From positions 1-64,000 of the IMG/VR virus record IMGVR_UViG_2513237100_000001: a stretch of 64,000 bases of DNA, one strand, 5' to 3'. Within the stretch, counting starts at the first letter, position 1, and each line of letters opens with the position of its first letter. The stretch is from a virus. Its lineage: Duplodnaviria > Caudoviricetes. The notes beneath the pieces were generated by a model. That model was not told the origin of the DNA. It did not search any database and was given only the letters and a program-made list of their open reading frames with translations. Positions 8,371 to 18,005 of the stretch are shown one piece after another. A program made the translations under genes and the position numbers.

Positions 8371-9128
8371 TCGGCACCGCCCAGGTCGCCGCCGCCGAGG
8401 ACGAGACGCAGACGCGCCTTCTGCGGGACCGGGTCCCGGCCAGGCACAGGCCAGTCATCCGCGCGCAGGCCGTACGCCTTCGGCGGCTCCCACGCCTGAG
8501 TCGTTGCCCACCGGTACATCCACAGCCAGTCCGAGTCGAAGTACGACGGAAGCAGGCCACCGCTGTTCGGAACCGGTGGGGGCGCGGCCGCGTTCTGCTC
8601 GGCCACCTGGTCGGCGACACGGTGAAGGTGATCTCGATGCCGGGCACAGAAAAAGTGGTTGGTGTGCCACCCGGTAATCGGGTCCTTCTCCACCACCTTG
8701 TCGTGCGTCTTCTCGCCGCAGACCTTCATCTGGTTACGGAAGTCGTCCGGCCCGTCAGGGTGCATTCGAACGCGGGGACCTCGGCATCGCTGGTTCAGCC
8801 GGTCGCTGCCCCACCGATGGTCGGGCGGCAGGTAGCAGGGGAGGTCGTGGCGGATGCGGCTACGAAGCCCGTTCCAGTCGGCGACGGAGGGGCCGATGGC
8901 GTTGCAGATTGCCCGCCACACGTTGGTGTCCTCGTCCAAGGGGGCCATGGTGATGGCGTAGGCGGCCGCGAGGAGGAGCTGCCGCGACTGGGTGTCGGCG
9001 CGGTCGTCCTGGTAGATGCGGTGAGCGATTGCGGCGAACTCTCCGCCGTTGCCGCCTCCGGTGCGCTTGGGGCGACGCTTCTTGACGGGCATCTGGTGGG
9101 CGTGAGCGAGGTGGAGCGCTGCTCCCAT
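8367..9128 (-). CDS. Hypothetical protein with Cys/His cluster
   Basis: 253-aa ORF, AGGAG RBS. Confidence 0.75.
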   Translation of the reverse strand: MGAALHLAHAHQMPVKKRRPKRTGGGNGGEFAAIAHRIYQDDRADTQSRQLLLAAAYAITMAPLDEDTNVWRAICNAIGPSVADWNGLRSRIRHDLPCYLPPDHRWGSDRLNQRCRGPRVRMHPDGPDDFRNQMKVCGEKTHDKVVEKDPITGWHTNHFFCARHRDHLHRVADQVAEQNAAAPPPVPNSGGLLPSYFDSDWLWMYRWATTQAWEPPKAYGLRADDWPVPGRDPVPQKARLRLVLGGGDLGGAE

Positions 9129-9268
9129 GACGTTCTCCTACGTGATGTGACGGTGGGTGGCTACCGTCCGGCGGTGGGCGCACCCCGGCCGATGGCGGTG
9201 TCTAAGATGTCCGGTTCCGGCGGGTGAAATGGGAAGACCAACCGCCCGACGCTGTCACGCTGCGTGTA

Positions 9269-9619
9269 TCAACCCGCTTCACGCCAACCCTGATTCGCCC
9301 CCTCCGGCACAACCACGTCGTCCAGGTTCAGCAACCCCAACCGCAACGCGACCGCGACCGCCTGCGCCCGGTCCCCAACCCGCAGCTTCCGGAACGCGGA
9401 CTGCATCCGAGACGCCACCGCCTCCGCACCAACCCCCAGCGTGTGGGCGATGGCCCGGTTCGTGGCCCCGTTCGCGGCGAGGCGCAGCACGGCTATCTCG
9501 CGGGCGGTGATGTACGTGCGGGCGTCTTTTGGCCGGCGGGCCAGGGTGCGGGTGGGGTTGAGAGAGGCCGTGGGCCCGCCACCCGAAGGCGACGGGCCCA
9601 CGTGGGCAGGGGCGGTCAC
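9269..9619 (-). CDS. Stand-alone LuxR/GerE-family HTH regulator
   Basis: ITAREIAVLRLAANGATNRAIA...FRKLRVGDRAQAVAVALRLGLL. Confidence 0.9.
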   Translation of the reverse strand: MTAPAHVGPSPSGGGPTASLNPTRTLARRPKDARTYITAREIAVLRLAANGATNRAIAHTLGVGAEAVASRMQSAFRKLRVGDRAQAVAVALRLGLLNLDDVVVPEGANQGWREAG

Positions 9620-9924
9620 CGGAGTGGCTCCCCGGCTCGGGCCTTAGCGGTCTCGATGACCTCAATCTGCTTTTCGACCGGGAGTTCGTCGAGGAACTGG
9701 GCGTCGCCGTAGGCGGCGTGCTTGGAGGCGAGGGCCTCGGCTTCGCTGGTGGCGGTGAAGGCGACCCAGGCGGCGGTGCACCAGGGGGTGCCGTCCTTCG
9801 GGAAGCGGTGGAGGTTGCCGTGGTCGAAGCACCAGGCGTAGGTGGTGGGCGGGAGTTGGTGGGCGTCGCACGATTCGCCGGGGCCGAGGGGCAGCCTGAG
9901 GCAGGTGCAGGGCTTCGTGGTCAC
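9616..9924 (-). CDS. Hypothetical protein
   Basis: GGAGG RBS, GTGA coupling. Confidence 0.7.
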   Translation of the reverse strand: MTTKPCTCLRLPLGPGESCDAHQLPPTTYAWCFDHGNLHRFPKDGTPWCTAAWVAFTATSEAEALASKHAAYGDAQFLDELPVEKQIEVIETAKARAGEPLR

Positions 9925-10178
9925 GTGTCCTCCAGGACGTATCCGGTGCGGCGAGCCTTCCCGTCGCGGGTGGTGGCCGTGGCGTGGAGCCGGTCGGCTC
10001 GCATCCAGCGGGGGCGGATCTCACGCCCGTCACGGGTGAGGGTGACGACATAGACCTTCCGCATGCCGTCGATGTCGGTGGCACCGATCGGTGCGTTGGT
10101 GATCCGGATGCGGGTGGGTCCGTCGGCGGGGTGGTGGCGGTTGCTGAGGCTGCGGTAGGTCTGACCGGGCTGGATCAT
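9921..10178 (-). CDS. DUF6354-like protein
   Basis: PGQTYR...LHATATTRDGKARRTGYVL. Confidence 0.65.
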   Translation of the reverse strand: MIQPGQTYRSLSNRHHPADGPTRIRITNAPIGATDIDGMRKVYVVTLTRDGREIRPRWMRADRLHATATTRDGKARRTGYVLEDT

Positions 10179-10408
10179 CGCGGGGGTTCCTTCGGGGTGT
10201 GTTCGGTGCACCGGATCCCGACGCGGGGCAGCATGAACGCCAAGATCGGCCACCGGGTGAACCGGGTACCGCACCGGCAGCACGTGTACACCCGATACGA
10301 CTTCGGCTTCTCCATGTCGATGGCGACCGCGTGGCAGTCGGGGCACCGGTGGGGTTTGTCGGTGTTCCAGCGGACGGTGGGGTCAGGCTCGGGGGCCATG
10401 TCGGTCAT
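10175..10408 (-). CDS. Small zinc-ribbon protein
   Basis: CPDC..CCRCG. Confidence 0.65.
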   Translation of the reverse strand: MTDMAPEPDPTVRWNTDKPHRCPDCHAVAIDMEKPKSYRVYTCCRCGTRFTRWPILAFMLPRVGIRCTEHTPKEPPR

Positions 10409-10493
10409 GGTCAGGTCTCCTTGTCGGGGGTGAGGTGTGTGGCGTAGGCGATGAGGAGGGTGGTGATGGTGGTGGCGAGCACCGGAAGCCAGA

Positions 10494-11033
10494 TCACCGG
10501 GTCGACCTTTGGGGGCAGCCGATGCGGTGCCAGATCCGGGTTCCAGCGGCGGGTGCCGGCGCCCCGCAGTCCTGGCACTCGGCCGGGCAGGTGCAGTCCG
10601 GGGAGTCGGGGACCCGGCACGGGGCGGGATGGTCCGCACGCATCGCGTCCAGGCCAGCCAGGCCCTCGGCCAGCTCGTCCGCAACGCGGGCGTCGGACGG
10701 AGTGTCGGCGTTCAGCCCGAGTGCGTCGAGGAGCAGGTCGGTGTCGACGGTGGAGTTGCACTTGTCGTCGGCTTCCTCGGCCAAGCGCTCCACGGCGGTC
10801 AGACGGGACTCGGCGGTGTCGCGGTGGCGGCGGAGGGCATTCATGGCGCGCGTGTTCTCCGCCAGCTCGGCGGTCGCGTCGGACAACTCTCCGCGCAGCC
10901 GGGCGATCTCGGCCAGAAGGTCTCCCAGCGCCTCGCGCCGCATCACAGCCGCGCGATCGGTCAGACGAGCGAGCTCTTCGTGCCAGATACGGATCATGCG
11001 CTCGCGATCCGGGGTCATCGGGGTGTCGGTCAT
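10494..11033 (-). CDS. Coiled-coil hypothetical protein
   Basis: LLAEIARLRGEL coiled coil, PCRVPDSPDCTC. Confidence 0.7.
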   Translation of the reverse strand: MTDTPMTPDRERMIRIWHEELARLTDRAAVMRREALGDLLAEIARLRGELSDATAELAENTRAMNALRRHRDTAESRLTAVERLAEEADDKCNSTVDTDLLLDALGLNADTPSDARVADELAEGLAGLDAMRADHPAPCRVPDSPDCTCPAECQDCGAPAPAAGTRIWHRIGCPQRSTR

Positions 11034-11065
11034 GGTGTGCTCCAAACTGTGCGGCGGGTGTTGGG

Positions 11066-11314
11066 TCAGGAGGTGAAGAGCGGTGCGCTGCGGACACTGC
11101 GCCGCGTCCAGCACCACCGGGCGCCCTTCTCCGGGCGGCGGGCCATCAACCGCCACTCGCCGGGGCGCTCGGACCAGCGGAACAGGCGGTCGTCGTTGAT
11201 GTAGAGCCGCTTCTCACGTGCGAGAGCCATCTCCTGCGCGGCCGCCAAGTCGGTGGCCACGGCGGTGGGGGAAGCCCCGATCATCACGATGTAGGCGGTG
11301 GGCCGTCCGGGCAT
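11066..11314 (-). CDS. Hypothetical protein
   Basis: GAGGAG RBS. Confidence 0.65.
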   Translation of the reverse strand: MPGRPTAYIVMIGASPTAVATDLAAAQEMALAREKRLYINDDRLFRWSERPGEWRLMARRPEKGARWCWTRRSVRSAPLFTS

Positions 11315-11345
11315 GGTGTGCTCCTCAACGAATCGGCAGGCGGGG

Positions 11346-11582
11346 TCAGGCGGCGGTGTCGAGGTGTGCAGTGAGCGCTACCGGGGTGTTCACGGCAGTC
11401 ACCCGCACCCGGTAGTCACGGGCGTCGTACCCGGCCCCGAACCGGTTCCACTCGTCGGCGTTCTGCACCGCAACCTCGGCCAGCAACCACGCACGTACCG
11501 TGCTGGCCTGGTCGTCGGGCACGGTGTGGACGGTGCCGGGGACGGTGTACCCGTCCGGGTCGAGGAGGCGAAGTTCGAACAT
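11346..11582 (-). CDS. Hypothetical protein
   Basis: ORF with plausible codon usage, AAAGG RBS. Confidence 0.65.
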   Translation of the reverse strand: MFELRLLDPDGYTVPGTVHTVPDDQASTVRAWLLAEVAVQNADEWNRFGAGYDARDYRVRVTAVNTPVALTAHLDTAA

Positions 11583-11636
11583 GATGGGGGCCTTTTCGGG
11601 GAGTCGGGCTTTGCGGGGAAGCCCTCGTTGGCGTGG

Positions 11637-12134
11637 CTAGTACGCGGTGACAAGCGTCCGGTAGTTGCGAATCGTGTAGCCCCACACGTCGGCGTGCCCG
11701 CCCCGCTTTACCGCGGCGGTCAGAAGCTCGCGCTGCACCTCCAGGACGTCCTCGGCTGCAACGCGCCGGCGGACCAGGTTCGGAACGGTGTAGCCGTTGC
11801 CGCGCTCAATGACCCGCACCTCGTACAGGGGCTTCACGGGCAAGGCGGCGGGGCCGAACACGACGTAGGCGATGAACCCGAGGGTGGGGTCGCCGACGGT
11901 ACGGATCGCGGCGGTCAGGCGGTTCAGTTCGGCGTTCTCGGCGTCCAGCTCGTCGGCGATGAGGGCGGCGCGAGTCTGGGCGTGGGCGAGCTGACCGGCG
12001 GTGTTCCAGGCCGCCTCGGGGCTGTGGAAGAGGCCGATGGCGATCCGGCCGGTGAGGGCGGCGATCTCGCGGTTGAGGGTGGCGAGTTCGGTGGTGAGGT
12101 CGCGGTCGGTGTGGTGTCCGAGGTTGTCGATCAC
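11637..12134 (-). CDS. Hypothetical protein, first gene after a conserved promoter
   Basis: AGGGGG RBS, protein-like sequence. Confidence 0.7.
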   Translation of the reverse strand: MIDNLGHHTDRDLTTELATLNREIAALTGRIAIGLFHSPEAAWNTAGQLAHAQTRAALIADELDAENAELNRLTAAIRTVGDPTLGFIAYVVFGPAALPVKPLYEVRVIERGNGYTVPNLVRRRVAAEDVLEVQRELLTAAVKRGGHADVWGYTIRNYRTLVTAY

Positions 12135-12173
12135 GGGGTGCCCCCTGGAGTGGTCCGGTGCGCTGTAGACACC

Positions 12174-12229
12174 ACCATACCCGCAAACGTATTGCGTGAG
12201 CAAGACGTTAGATGGTGTTTGGGTATGCG
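12174..12229 (-). promoter_or_regulatory. Conserved promoter/operator (TTGCTC-N18-TATGGT)
   Basis: Closely related to 17524-17579 and 30832-30861. Confidence 0.7.
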
Positions 12230-12275
12230 GGAGGCCCGGCCCCACTCAGGACCGGGCCCCACACTTCACACCACC

Positions 12276-12794
12276 TCAGAACGGAGGCTCGTCCGAATAC
12301 CCCCCACCCTCCTGACCCCACCCGTCACCCGCCGGCCGCTGCACCCCCGGCGCGTTCGACGACCACGGATCCTCCGCACTCCGCTGACCCTGCTGCTGCC
12401 GAGCCTCCCGATACGCCTGCTGCCCCTGCCCCGACGAAACCCTCGTCACCTTCGCCGTCGCACTCTTCAGACTGGGCCCCACCTCGTGCACATCCACCTC
12501 GTACACCATGCGCTTCTGCCCATCCTTCTCATACGACCGCTGCTTCAGCTGCCCCTGCACAATGACCCGCATACCACGCTGAAGCGTCTCCGCAGCATGC
12601 TCCGCCTGCTGACGCCACACCGAGCACGACAGGAACAGGCCCTCCCCGTCCCTCCACTCATTCGCCTGCTTGTCGAACACCCGCGGCGTCGATGCCACCC
12701 GAAACTTCGCCACCGCAGCGCCGCCCGGGGTGAATGACAGGTGAGGATCGTCTACGAGATTGCCGCAAACCGTGATGACCGTTTCGCCGCTCAT
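12276..12794 (-). CDS. ssb: Single-stranded DNA-binding protein
   Basis: [28 protein letters not shown]-terminal DEPPF. Confidence 0.97.
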   Translation of the reverse strand: MSGETVITVCGNLVDDPHLSFTPGGAAVAKFRVASTPRVFDKQANEWRDGEGLFLSCSVWRQQAEHAAETLQRGMRVIVQGQLKQRSYEKDGQKRMVYEVDVHEVGPSLKSATAKVTRVSSGQGQQAYREARQQQGQRSAEDPWSSNAPGVQRPAGDGWGQEGGGYSDEPPF

Positions 12795-13609
12795 GCCGCT
12801 TCCTCCACACTCTTCTTCGAACCACTGAAACCAGCCTGCTTCCCCGCCCACAACACCCGCGTTGACTCCCCCGGCTTGTTCTCCCGCGGCCGCCGAATCG
12901 GACCCCCCACGTCCTTGTACGACTGACCCGACAACAGCCCCGTGACCGTCTTCCGGGCCACACCCACCTGCATCGCCAACTCCAAGTCCGTGACCCCGCC
13001 GGCCGCTGAACGCTCACGCAGCTTCACCACCTGCTCATCCGACAACACCCGCGACCCGCTACGTCGGGCACCCATGTCAGGAAACGTGAACCCCTTGTCG
13101 GCACACACCTTCCGGGCCCGGCTCACAAACACCGACGTGGCACCCTTCGCCAGGCCATGCATCCGGTCAAAGTCCAGGTACGACATCCCCGCTCGAACAC
13201 CACGGGCAACGGCTTCCAGCCGCTCCTGCGGGAGGACTTCACCGTCCGCACCACTCAGGTACCGGGCGACAGCCTCCTCGCCGATGTCAGCACCCCACAC
13301 ACTCGCCAGCGGTGCGGTCTGGGCAGAAGAAGGCCGCCCGTGGATGGCCCTCCGTTCCCGCTCGTCCAGGCCTCCCCACACACCCGTGTCCTGCCCGGTC
13401 TTCAAAGCCCAGTCCAGGCACTGCTGCCGCACCGGGCACCACCCGCACACCTCCTTGGCCTGCGTGGCCTTCTCGGCTTCGCTGCTGGTCGGGAAGAACA
13501 GTTCGGGGTCGACTTCGGCGCAGGCGCTGCGGGACCGCCAGTCGCTGCTCTCGCGGGTTGATACGGCAGATGTCGTACTACGGCGGTTGGGAACGGTCTG
13601 GGTGGTCAT
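12791..13609 (-). CDS. WhiB-family Fe-S transcription factor with C-terminal HTH extension
   Basis: [29 protein letters not shown]. Confidence 0.93.
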   Translation of the reverse strand: MTTQTVPNRRSTTSAVSTRESSDWRSRSACAEVDPELFFPTSSEAEKATQAKEVCGWCPVRQQCLDWALKTGQDTGVWGGLDERERRAIHGRPSSAQTAPLASVWGADIGEEAVARYLSGADGEVLPQERLEAVARGVRAGMSYLDFDRMHGLAKGATSVFVSRARKVCADKGFTFPDMGARRSGSRVLSDEQVVKLRERSAAGGVTDLELAMQVGVARKTVTGLLSGQSYKDVGGPIRRPRENKPGESTRVLWAGKQAGFSGSKKSVEEAA

Positions 13610-14115
13610 GTCGGGTCTCCGAGGGTGTAGAGGCGGATGATGGCGCCGGGCTGATCGAGGGCGTCGGGGTGCTCGCCGGGGTAGACCTTGCGGGTGTGGG
13701 ATTCGATGACTCGGCCGTCGTCCTCCCAGGCCCCTGACGTCGTGATGGCGTCGTACGTACTGCGCTCCAGCTTGTCGATGTCGGGGCTGACGGCGGGGTA
13801 GGTGCGGCGGCGCTTGGGGGCGCTGGTGGGTTTGGGCATGGTGAAGGTGATGTCGGCGCGTACGGGGCCGGTGAGGTGGTGGGCTTCCCCGGTGAGAAGT
13901 GCGGCCTGAATGGCGGTGGCGACCTTGTCGCGCCAGGGCTTGACCTTGGCGGACGACTCCCGCATGAGGGGGATGTTTTTGCCGGTCTTGCGGCTCCTCC
14001 CCCACCCGGCGGGGGACTTACTGCCTTGCGGTCCTGCGAGGCCGTGGACGGTGATGCAGAGGCGTGGGGTGGGGTTCCAGGCGTAGGTGCCGGTGAGGGC
14101 GGGGGCGGTGGTCAC
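13606..14115 (-). CDS. rusA: RusA-family Holliday junction resolvase
   Basis: PQGSK..PDIDKLERSTYDAIT..WEDDGRV. Confidence 0.93.
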   Translation of the reverse strand: MTTAPALTGTYAWNPTPRLCITVHGLAGPQGSKSPAGWGRSRKTGKNIPLMRESSAKVKPWRDKVATAIQAALLTGEAHHLTGPVRADITFTMPKPTSAPKRRRTYPAVSPDIDKLERSTYDAITTSGAWEDDGRVIESHTRKVYPGEHPDALDQPGAIIRLYTLGDPT

Positions 14116-14471
14116 TGGGCACCGCCAAGGATCCGTCGCGCCACGGCAAGGGCGGACGGGTCGAGCAGATTGGCGACGGGTGCGGTCGCGTCCCTCAGTC
14201 GCTCGGCTGCCGAGTCCAGCCAGTCGGCAACGACGAGGCCGGTCGCCGGGCCGACGAGAGCCAGGTAGGAGTTCACGCGCTCCAGACGGGCGGCGTAGGT
14301 CTCGATGAGAACGGACGGCTGTTTCTGGTCGTCGACGACGACGGGGCTGCGGCTGCCGAGGGTGTGGCCGGTGGTCCAGGTGGTTCGGCCTTCGTGGATT
14401 GCGGCGGTGGCCTTGTCGCGGAGGAGGGAGGCGGCGGCCTGAAGTTCTTCGGTCGGGTTGATGGTGGTCAC
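14112..14471 (-). CDS. Hypothetical protein
   Basis: GTGA coupling; YLALVGPATGLVVADWLD motif. Confidence 0.7.
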   Translation of the reverse strand: MTTINPTEELQAAASLLRDKATAAIHEGRTTWTTGHTLGSRSPVVVDDQKQPSVLIETYAARLERVNSYLALVGPATGLVVADWLDSAAERLRDATAPVANLLDPSALAVARRILGGAQ

Positions 14472-14827
14472 GGGGTGGTCTCCCGGGTTTGGGTGATGGC
14501 GATGGTGAGGGGGACGGCTCCGTCGGCGTTGGCGGCGCAGTACACCCACTGGGTGCCGGTGAGGTGGGCGTGTTCGTGGTGGGCGTGGTCGACGTACATG
14601 TGGGTGGGGAGCGCGTTGTTGGCCTGGGTGAGGAATGCGGTGGGGTTGTGGTGGCCGAGGCGGATGAGGTTGCCGTTCCAGATGCGGAGGCCGGGGTGGG
14701 CGGTCCAGGGGCGGCCGAGTTGGTTGTCGCCGTGTTCGGCGAGGACGCGGGCGTTGATGCTGGCCTGAGTGGCGGCGGCGCCGAGGATGACGAGGTACAT
14801 CTGGTCGGGGCGGGTGTCGGTGCTCAC
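14468..14827 (-). CDS. Hypothetical protein
   Basis: AAGGAG RBS, GTGA coupling. Confidence 0.65.
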   Translation of the reverse strand: MSTDTRPDQMYLVILGAAATQASINARVLAEHGDNQLGRPWTAHPGLRIWNGNLIRLGHHNPTAFLTQANNALPTHMYVDHAHHEHAHLTGTQWVYCAANADGAVPLTIAITQTRETTP

Positions 14828-15390
14828 GACTTCAGCTCCTTGGCAGCAGGGGTGGGCTGACAGCAGACGCAGGACGGCAGACACGGGCACTCGTCCTCGT
14901 AGCCGTCGGGGTGTACGCAGATGGCATGCTTCTTGTGCTCGGCAAGCTGGCTCTCCAGCTCGGCTACTCGGGCTTCGGCCTGCTGCCGGAACTGGTGAGG
15001 GGTCGGGCACTCGCGGCGCTGGACGGTGACGGTGTAGCCCTGACCGGTCTGACCGTCGGTCATCTCCATCTCGACGTAGTTCGAAGCGCCGTGGCCGTCG
15101 AGGACGCCGCGCATCCCGGCGGCGAAGATCTGGACCATCTCGGTGGCCTCGGCGAGTTCGAGGGTGGCGACTCCGTCGCGGATGGTGAGGGAGCGCATCA
15201 TCGTGCCGTCGACGAGGATTTCGGCGGCGAGGTCGCCGAGTGCGTCGAGAGCGATGTCGGCGGCGAGCGGCAGGTTCGGTTTGCGGCCGGGGCGACGCCA
15301 CGCGGGCCATGTCTCGGTGAGACGGTCCTGGATGAGGTTGCGGGCTCGGGTGCGGCGGGCCTCGCGCTGTTCTTCGGTCAGCTCGTTCAC
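14824..15390 (-). CDS. Hypothetical protein
   Basis: AAGGAG RBS, GTGA coupling. Confidence 0.7.
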   Translation of the reverse strand: MNELTEEQREARRTRARNLIQDRLTETWPAWRRPGRKPNLPLAADIALDALGDLAAEILVDGTMMRSLTIRDGVATLELAEATEMVQIFAAGMRGVLDGHGASNYVEMEMTDGQTGQGYTVTVQRRECPTPHQFRQQAEARVAELESQLAEHKKHAICVHPDGYEDECPCLPSCVCCQPTPAAKELKS

Positions 15391-15860
15391 GGCTGGGGGT
15401 GCTCCTTCGGCTGGTGGTCGTTGTCGGCGCGGAGGTCGGTGACGTCGAGGGCTTGGGTTTCGGCGGCGGTGGTGGCTGCCTGGTGAAGGGTGAGGATGCG
15501 GTGCCCGCCGTGAGGGTGGGTGCACTGGCCGGCGGCTTGGGTGGCGGCGTTGAGGTGTTGTGCGGTGGTGATGTTGACGGTGTGGTGGGCGCCTTGGGTG
15601 CAGGGGATGTGTGCGGTGAATACGGGGGTGCCGGGGGTGTGGGTGAGGTGGGTTCCGTTGGGGAGGGTTGCGGTGTGGGTTCCGTCGGGGTGGTGCGCCC
15701 AGGCGGTTATGGGGGTCACGGGGAGCCCGGCGAGGCGGGCGGTGTAGGCGGTGTGGATTTGCTGGTCGGTGATGAAGTCGGGGTGGAGAGGTCGGATGGG
15801 GAGGGCCGCGGGGGCGGGCTTCGCGGGGGTGCGGGTCTTGGTGCTGGACTTGCGGCTCAC
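15387..15860 (-). CDS. Hypothetical protein
   Basis: GTGA coupling. Confidence 0.65.
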   Translation of the reverse strand: MSRKSSTKTRTPAKPAPAALPIRPLHPDFITDQQIHTAYTARLAGLPVTPITAWAHHPDGTHTATLPNGTHLTHTPGTPVFTAHIPCTQGAHHTVNITTAQHLNAATQAAGQCTHPHGGHRILTLHQAATTAAETQALDVTDLRADNDHQPKEHPQP

Positions 15861-15997
15861 GGCTGGTCTCCGTCCGGCGGGTCGTGCGGGTCGGTGTTGG
15901 TGGTGCCGGTGCCGTGCTGGGAGGCGCAGATCATGGCGAGTGCGATGAGTCCCAGCACGGCGGCGATGGCGGCGGGTGCGGTGGGCGGCCAGGTCAC
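15857..15997 (-). CDS. Small single-TM protein
   Basis: AAIAAVLGLIALAMIC; coupled at both ends. Confidence 0.55.
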   Translation of the reverse strand: MTWPPTAPAAIAAVLGLIALAMICASQHGTGTTNTDPHDPPDGDQP

Positions 15998-16482
15998 GGG
16001 GTGGCGGCGCCCGTCCACTCGCCGTGGCGCACCGTGCGCTGGACGAGGTGGGCTGTGGGGTACATGTCGAGGTAGCGGGACACGCGGGCTTCGGCCTCTT
16101 CGCGGCTGCTGGTCGGCGTGTGGACTTCGATCTCGTCCTGGTCGGCGGACTTGAACGCGGTGCCGTACTCGATTGCGTCCGGCTTCAGCTGCCCGGCCGG
16201 GGGGCCGAGACGCTCGAAAAGTCCGACAAGTCCAGCGGTGATGTCCTTCTTGCTGCTGGCGGCCTCACCTGCCGGGTCGTAGTCCGCGTACGCGTCGAGC
16301 CAGTTGATGGCGTCGTCGTCGTAACCGGCGCTCTCCATCAGGCGGGCTGCCTCGTGCAGCCAGTTCCGCTGGAGCTCGTGCAGGAGACGCCGGGCGTCCG
16401 GCTCGCCGTTCTTCATGGACTGGACGGAGGTCATCAGCTCGATGGCCAACTGCTCCGGCGTCTTGATCTCGCGGGCGCTCAT
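15994..16482 (-). CDS. Hypothetical protein
   Basis: GGGAG RBS, ATGA coupling. Confidence 0.7.
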   Translation of the reverse strand: MSAREIKTPEQLAIELMTSVQSMKNGEPDARRLLHELQRNWLHEAARLMESAGYDDDAINWLDAYADYDPAGEAASSKKDITAGLVGLFERLGPPAGQLKPDAIEYGTAFKSADQDEIEVHTPTSSREEAEARVSRYLDMYPTAHLVQRTVRHGEWTGAATP

Positions 16483-16754
16483 CGGCCGGTCTCCCAGGCG
16501 TTGTGGGTGGTGGCGATGCGGTGCGCCCAGTCGTAGGCCTGCCAGTCGGTGAGCTGCGCCCGGTACCCGGCGAGGAACGCCGTGGTGTAGGTGGTGCCGG
16601 AGACGGTGGGGTCGGTCATCCACTCCAGGCGGGTTTCGAGGGTGTCGAGGGGGGTGCCGTCCGCGATGGCGTCGTAGGCGGTGGCACGCCCGTGGGCGTG
16701 GTCGGGGTTGTTCGGGTCGTCAAGGGTGTCGAGGGCGATGGTGAGGATGCTCAT
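16479..16754 (-). CDS. Hypothetical protein
   Basis: TGATG coupling. Confidence 0.7.
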   Translation of the reverse strand: MSILTIALDTLDDPNNPDHAHGRATAYDAIADGTPLDTLETRLEWMTDPTVSGTTYTTAFLAGYRAQLTDWQAYDWAHRIATTHNAWETGR

Positions 16755-16972
16755 CAGGCGGCGCTCCGTTCGGTGTTCGCAATGGGGGTGAGGTCGCCGA
16801 GTTCGGCGGTGAGGTAGGCCTCGGACGCCCAGACAAGCGGGCGGATCTTGGCCGGGTCGAGGTGGGCGGGGACGAAGTAGCGGTCGCCGGTGCTGTTGGT
16901 TCCGGCGAGGCGCCACTGCTTGCCCTCGGGGGTCTGGAAGTACTCGGTGGTGGTGGCGGGGGTGTACGGCAT
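16754..16972 (-). CDS. Hypothetical protein
   Basis: GGAG RBS. Confidence 0.7.
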   Translation of the reverse strand: MPYTPATTTEYFQTPEGKQWRLAGTNSTGDRYFVPAHLDPAKIRPLVWASEAYLTAELGDLTPIANTERSAA

Positions 16973-17115
16973 GGGTGTCTCCGGGTTCGGCGGTACGGGG
17001 GTTGGGCACCCGGCCCCGAGGGGCTACTGCGCACCCTGTGGGTGTGGTGCTCGACTCGGGGCCGGGGTGTTCCCGGTCCTGCCTGTCTGCAGCGGGCAGG
17101 ACCGGGAGTTGGGGG

Positions 17116-17463
17116 TCAGTCCTCGACGGGGCGGGGGTGTTCGTCGGCGCAGTCGGGGCACTGGAGGCGGCCGAGGTTGTAGCCGTTGGATTCCTCGGTG
17201 ACGAGGGCGTCGGGGGCGTCGGCGTCGAAGATGCGGTCGCAGTAGCAGGCCGGGCAGGCGCACTTGCGGATGTCGTTGTGTCGGGCGCCGGTGATGCCGG
17301 TGACCGCGATGAGGGCGGTCATGAGGGTGTTGTACTCGGTGGCGTTGGCGGTGTTGTCGGCCTGGGTGAGGAGGTGGTCGACGAGGTCCTGCGTACCGGT
17401 GGGGAGGGCGTCGTAGTTGACGGTGGCCTGGTTTTGGGTGTGCGTCATCACGGCGTGGGCCAT
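17116..17463 (-). CDS. Zinc-ribbon hypothetical protein
   Basis: CACPACYC..CPDC; AGGAG RBS. Confidence 0.7.
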   Translation of the reverse strand: MAHAVMTHTQNQATVNYDALPTGTQDLVDHLLTQADNTANATEYNTLMTALIAVTGITGARHNDIRKCACPACYCDRIFDADAPDALVTEESNGYNLGRLQCPDCADEHPRPVED

Positions 17464-17523
17464 GGTGTGCTCCTGGTGTGGGTACTCCGGGAGGGTGGTG
17501 GCCCTCTCGTTGTCGGCACAACC

Positions 17524-17579
17524 ACAGTACCCATAAACATCTGGCACAGGCAAGACGTTAGACGGTATTGGGGTATGCG
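17524..17579 (-). promoter_or_regulatory. Conserved promoter/operator (TTGCCT-N18-TACTGT)
   Basis: Shares GCAAGACGTTAGAyGGTrTTkGGGTATGCG with 12200-12229. Confidence 0.7.
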
Positions 17580-17639
17580 AAAGCCCCCCACCCGCGAACC
17601 AGAAGGCTCAAGGTGAGGGGCAGCCAGAAGGCGAAGGCG

Positions 17640-17870
17640 TCAGATCTCGCCGGCCAGCACAGCATCCCGGTGCGCCAGCAGAATGTCGCTGTACGAGACG
17701 TGCACACTCCCCCGATGACCCCGGACCGTGAGCAGGTCGTCCTTCCGGATCCACGTCTTGATGTGGCGGAGGGTTGCGGGGTGCCCGGTGGACTTCAGCA
17801 AGTCGTAGATCTCCCGCAGGGGCATGAGGTCACCGGCGGGGCTGTACGGGATGAGCGGGTCGATAGCCAC
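17640..17870 (-). CDS. Small Xis/MerR-like HTH protein
   Basis: LMPLREIYDLL...TLRHIKTWIRK..L. Confidence 0.65.
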   Translation of the reverse strand: MAIDPLIPYSPAGDLMPLREIYDLLKSTGHPATLRHIKTWIRKDDLLTVRGHRGSVHVSYSDILLAHRDAVLAGEI

Positions 17871-18005
17871 AGGCGTGCTCCCGGTGTCGACTGGCCATCG
17901 TTCGCAGCTCCGGCGGCCGAAACAGGGGTGTGGACCCATAGGGTCCGGTTGTGCTGGTGATGTGTGTGGGTGGTGCTGGTACTACGTAGACGAGCAGGTG
18001 GGCCG

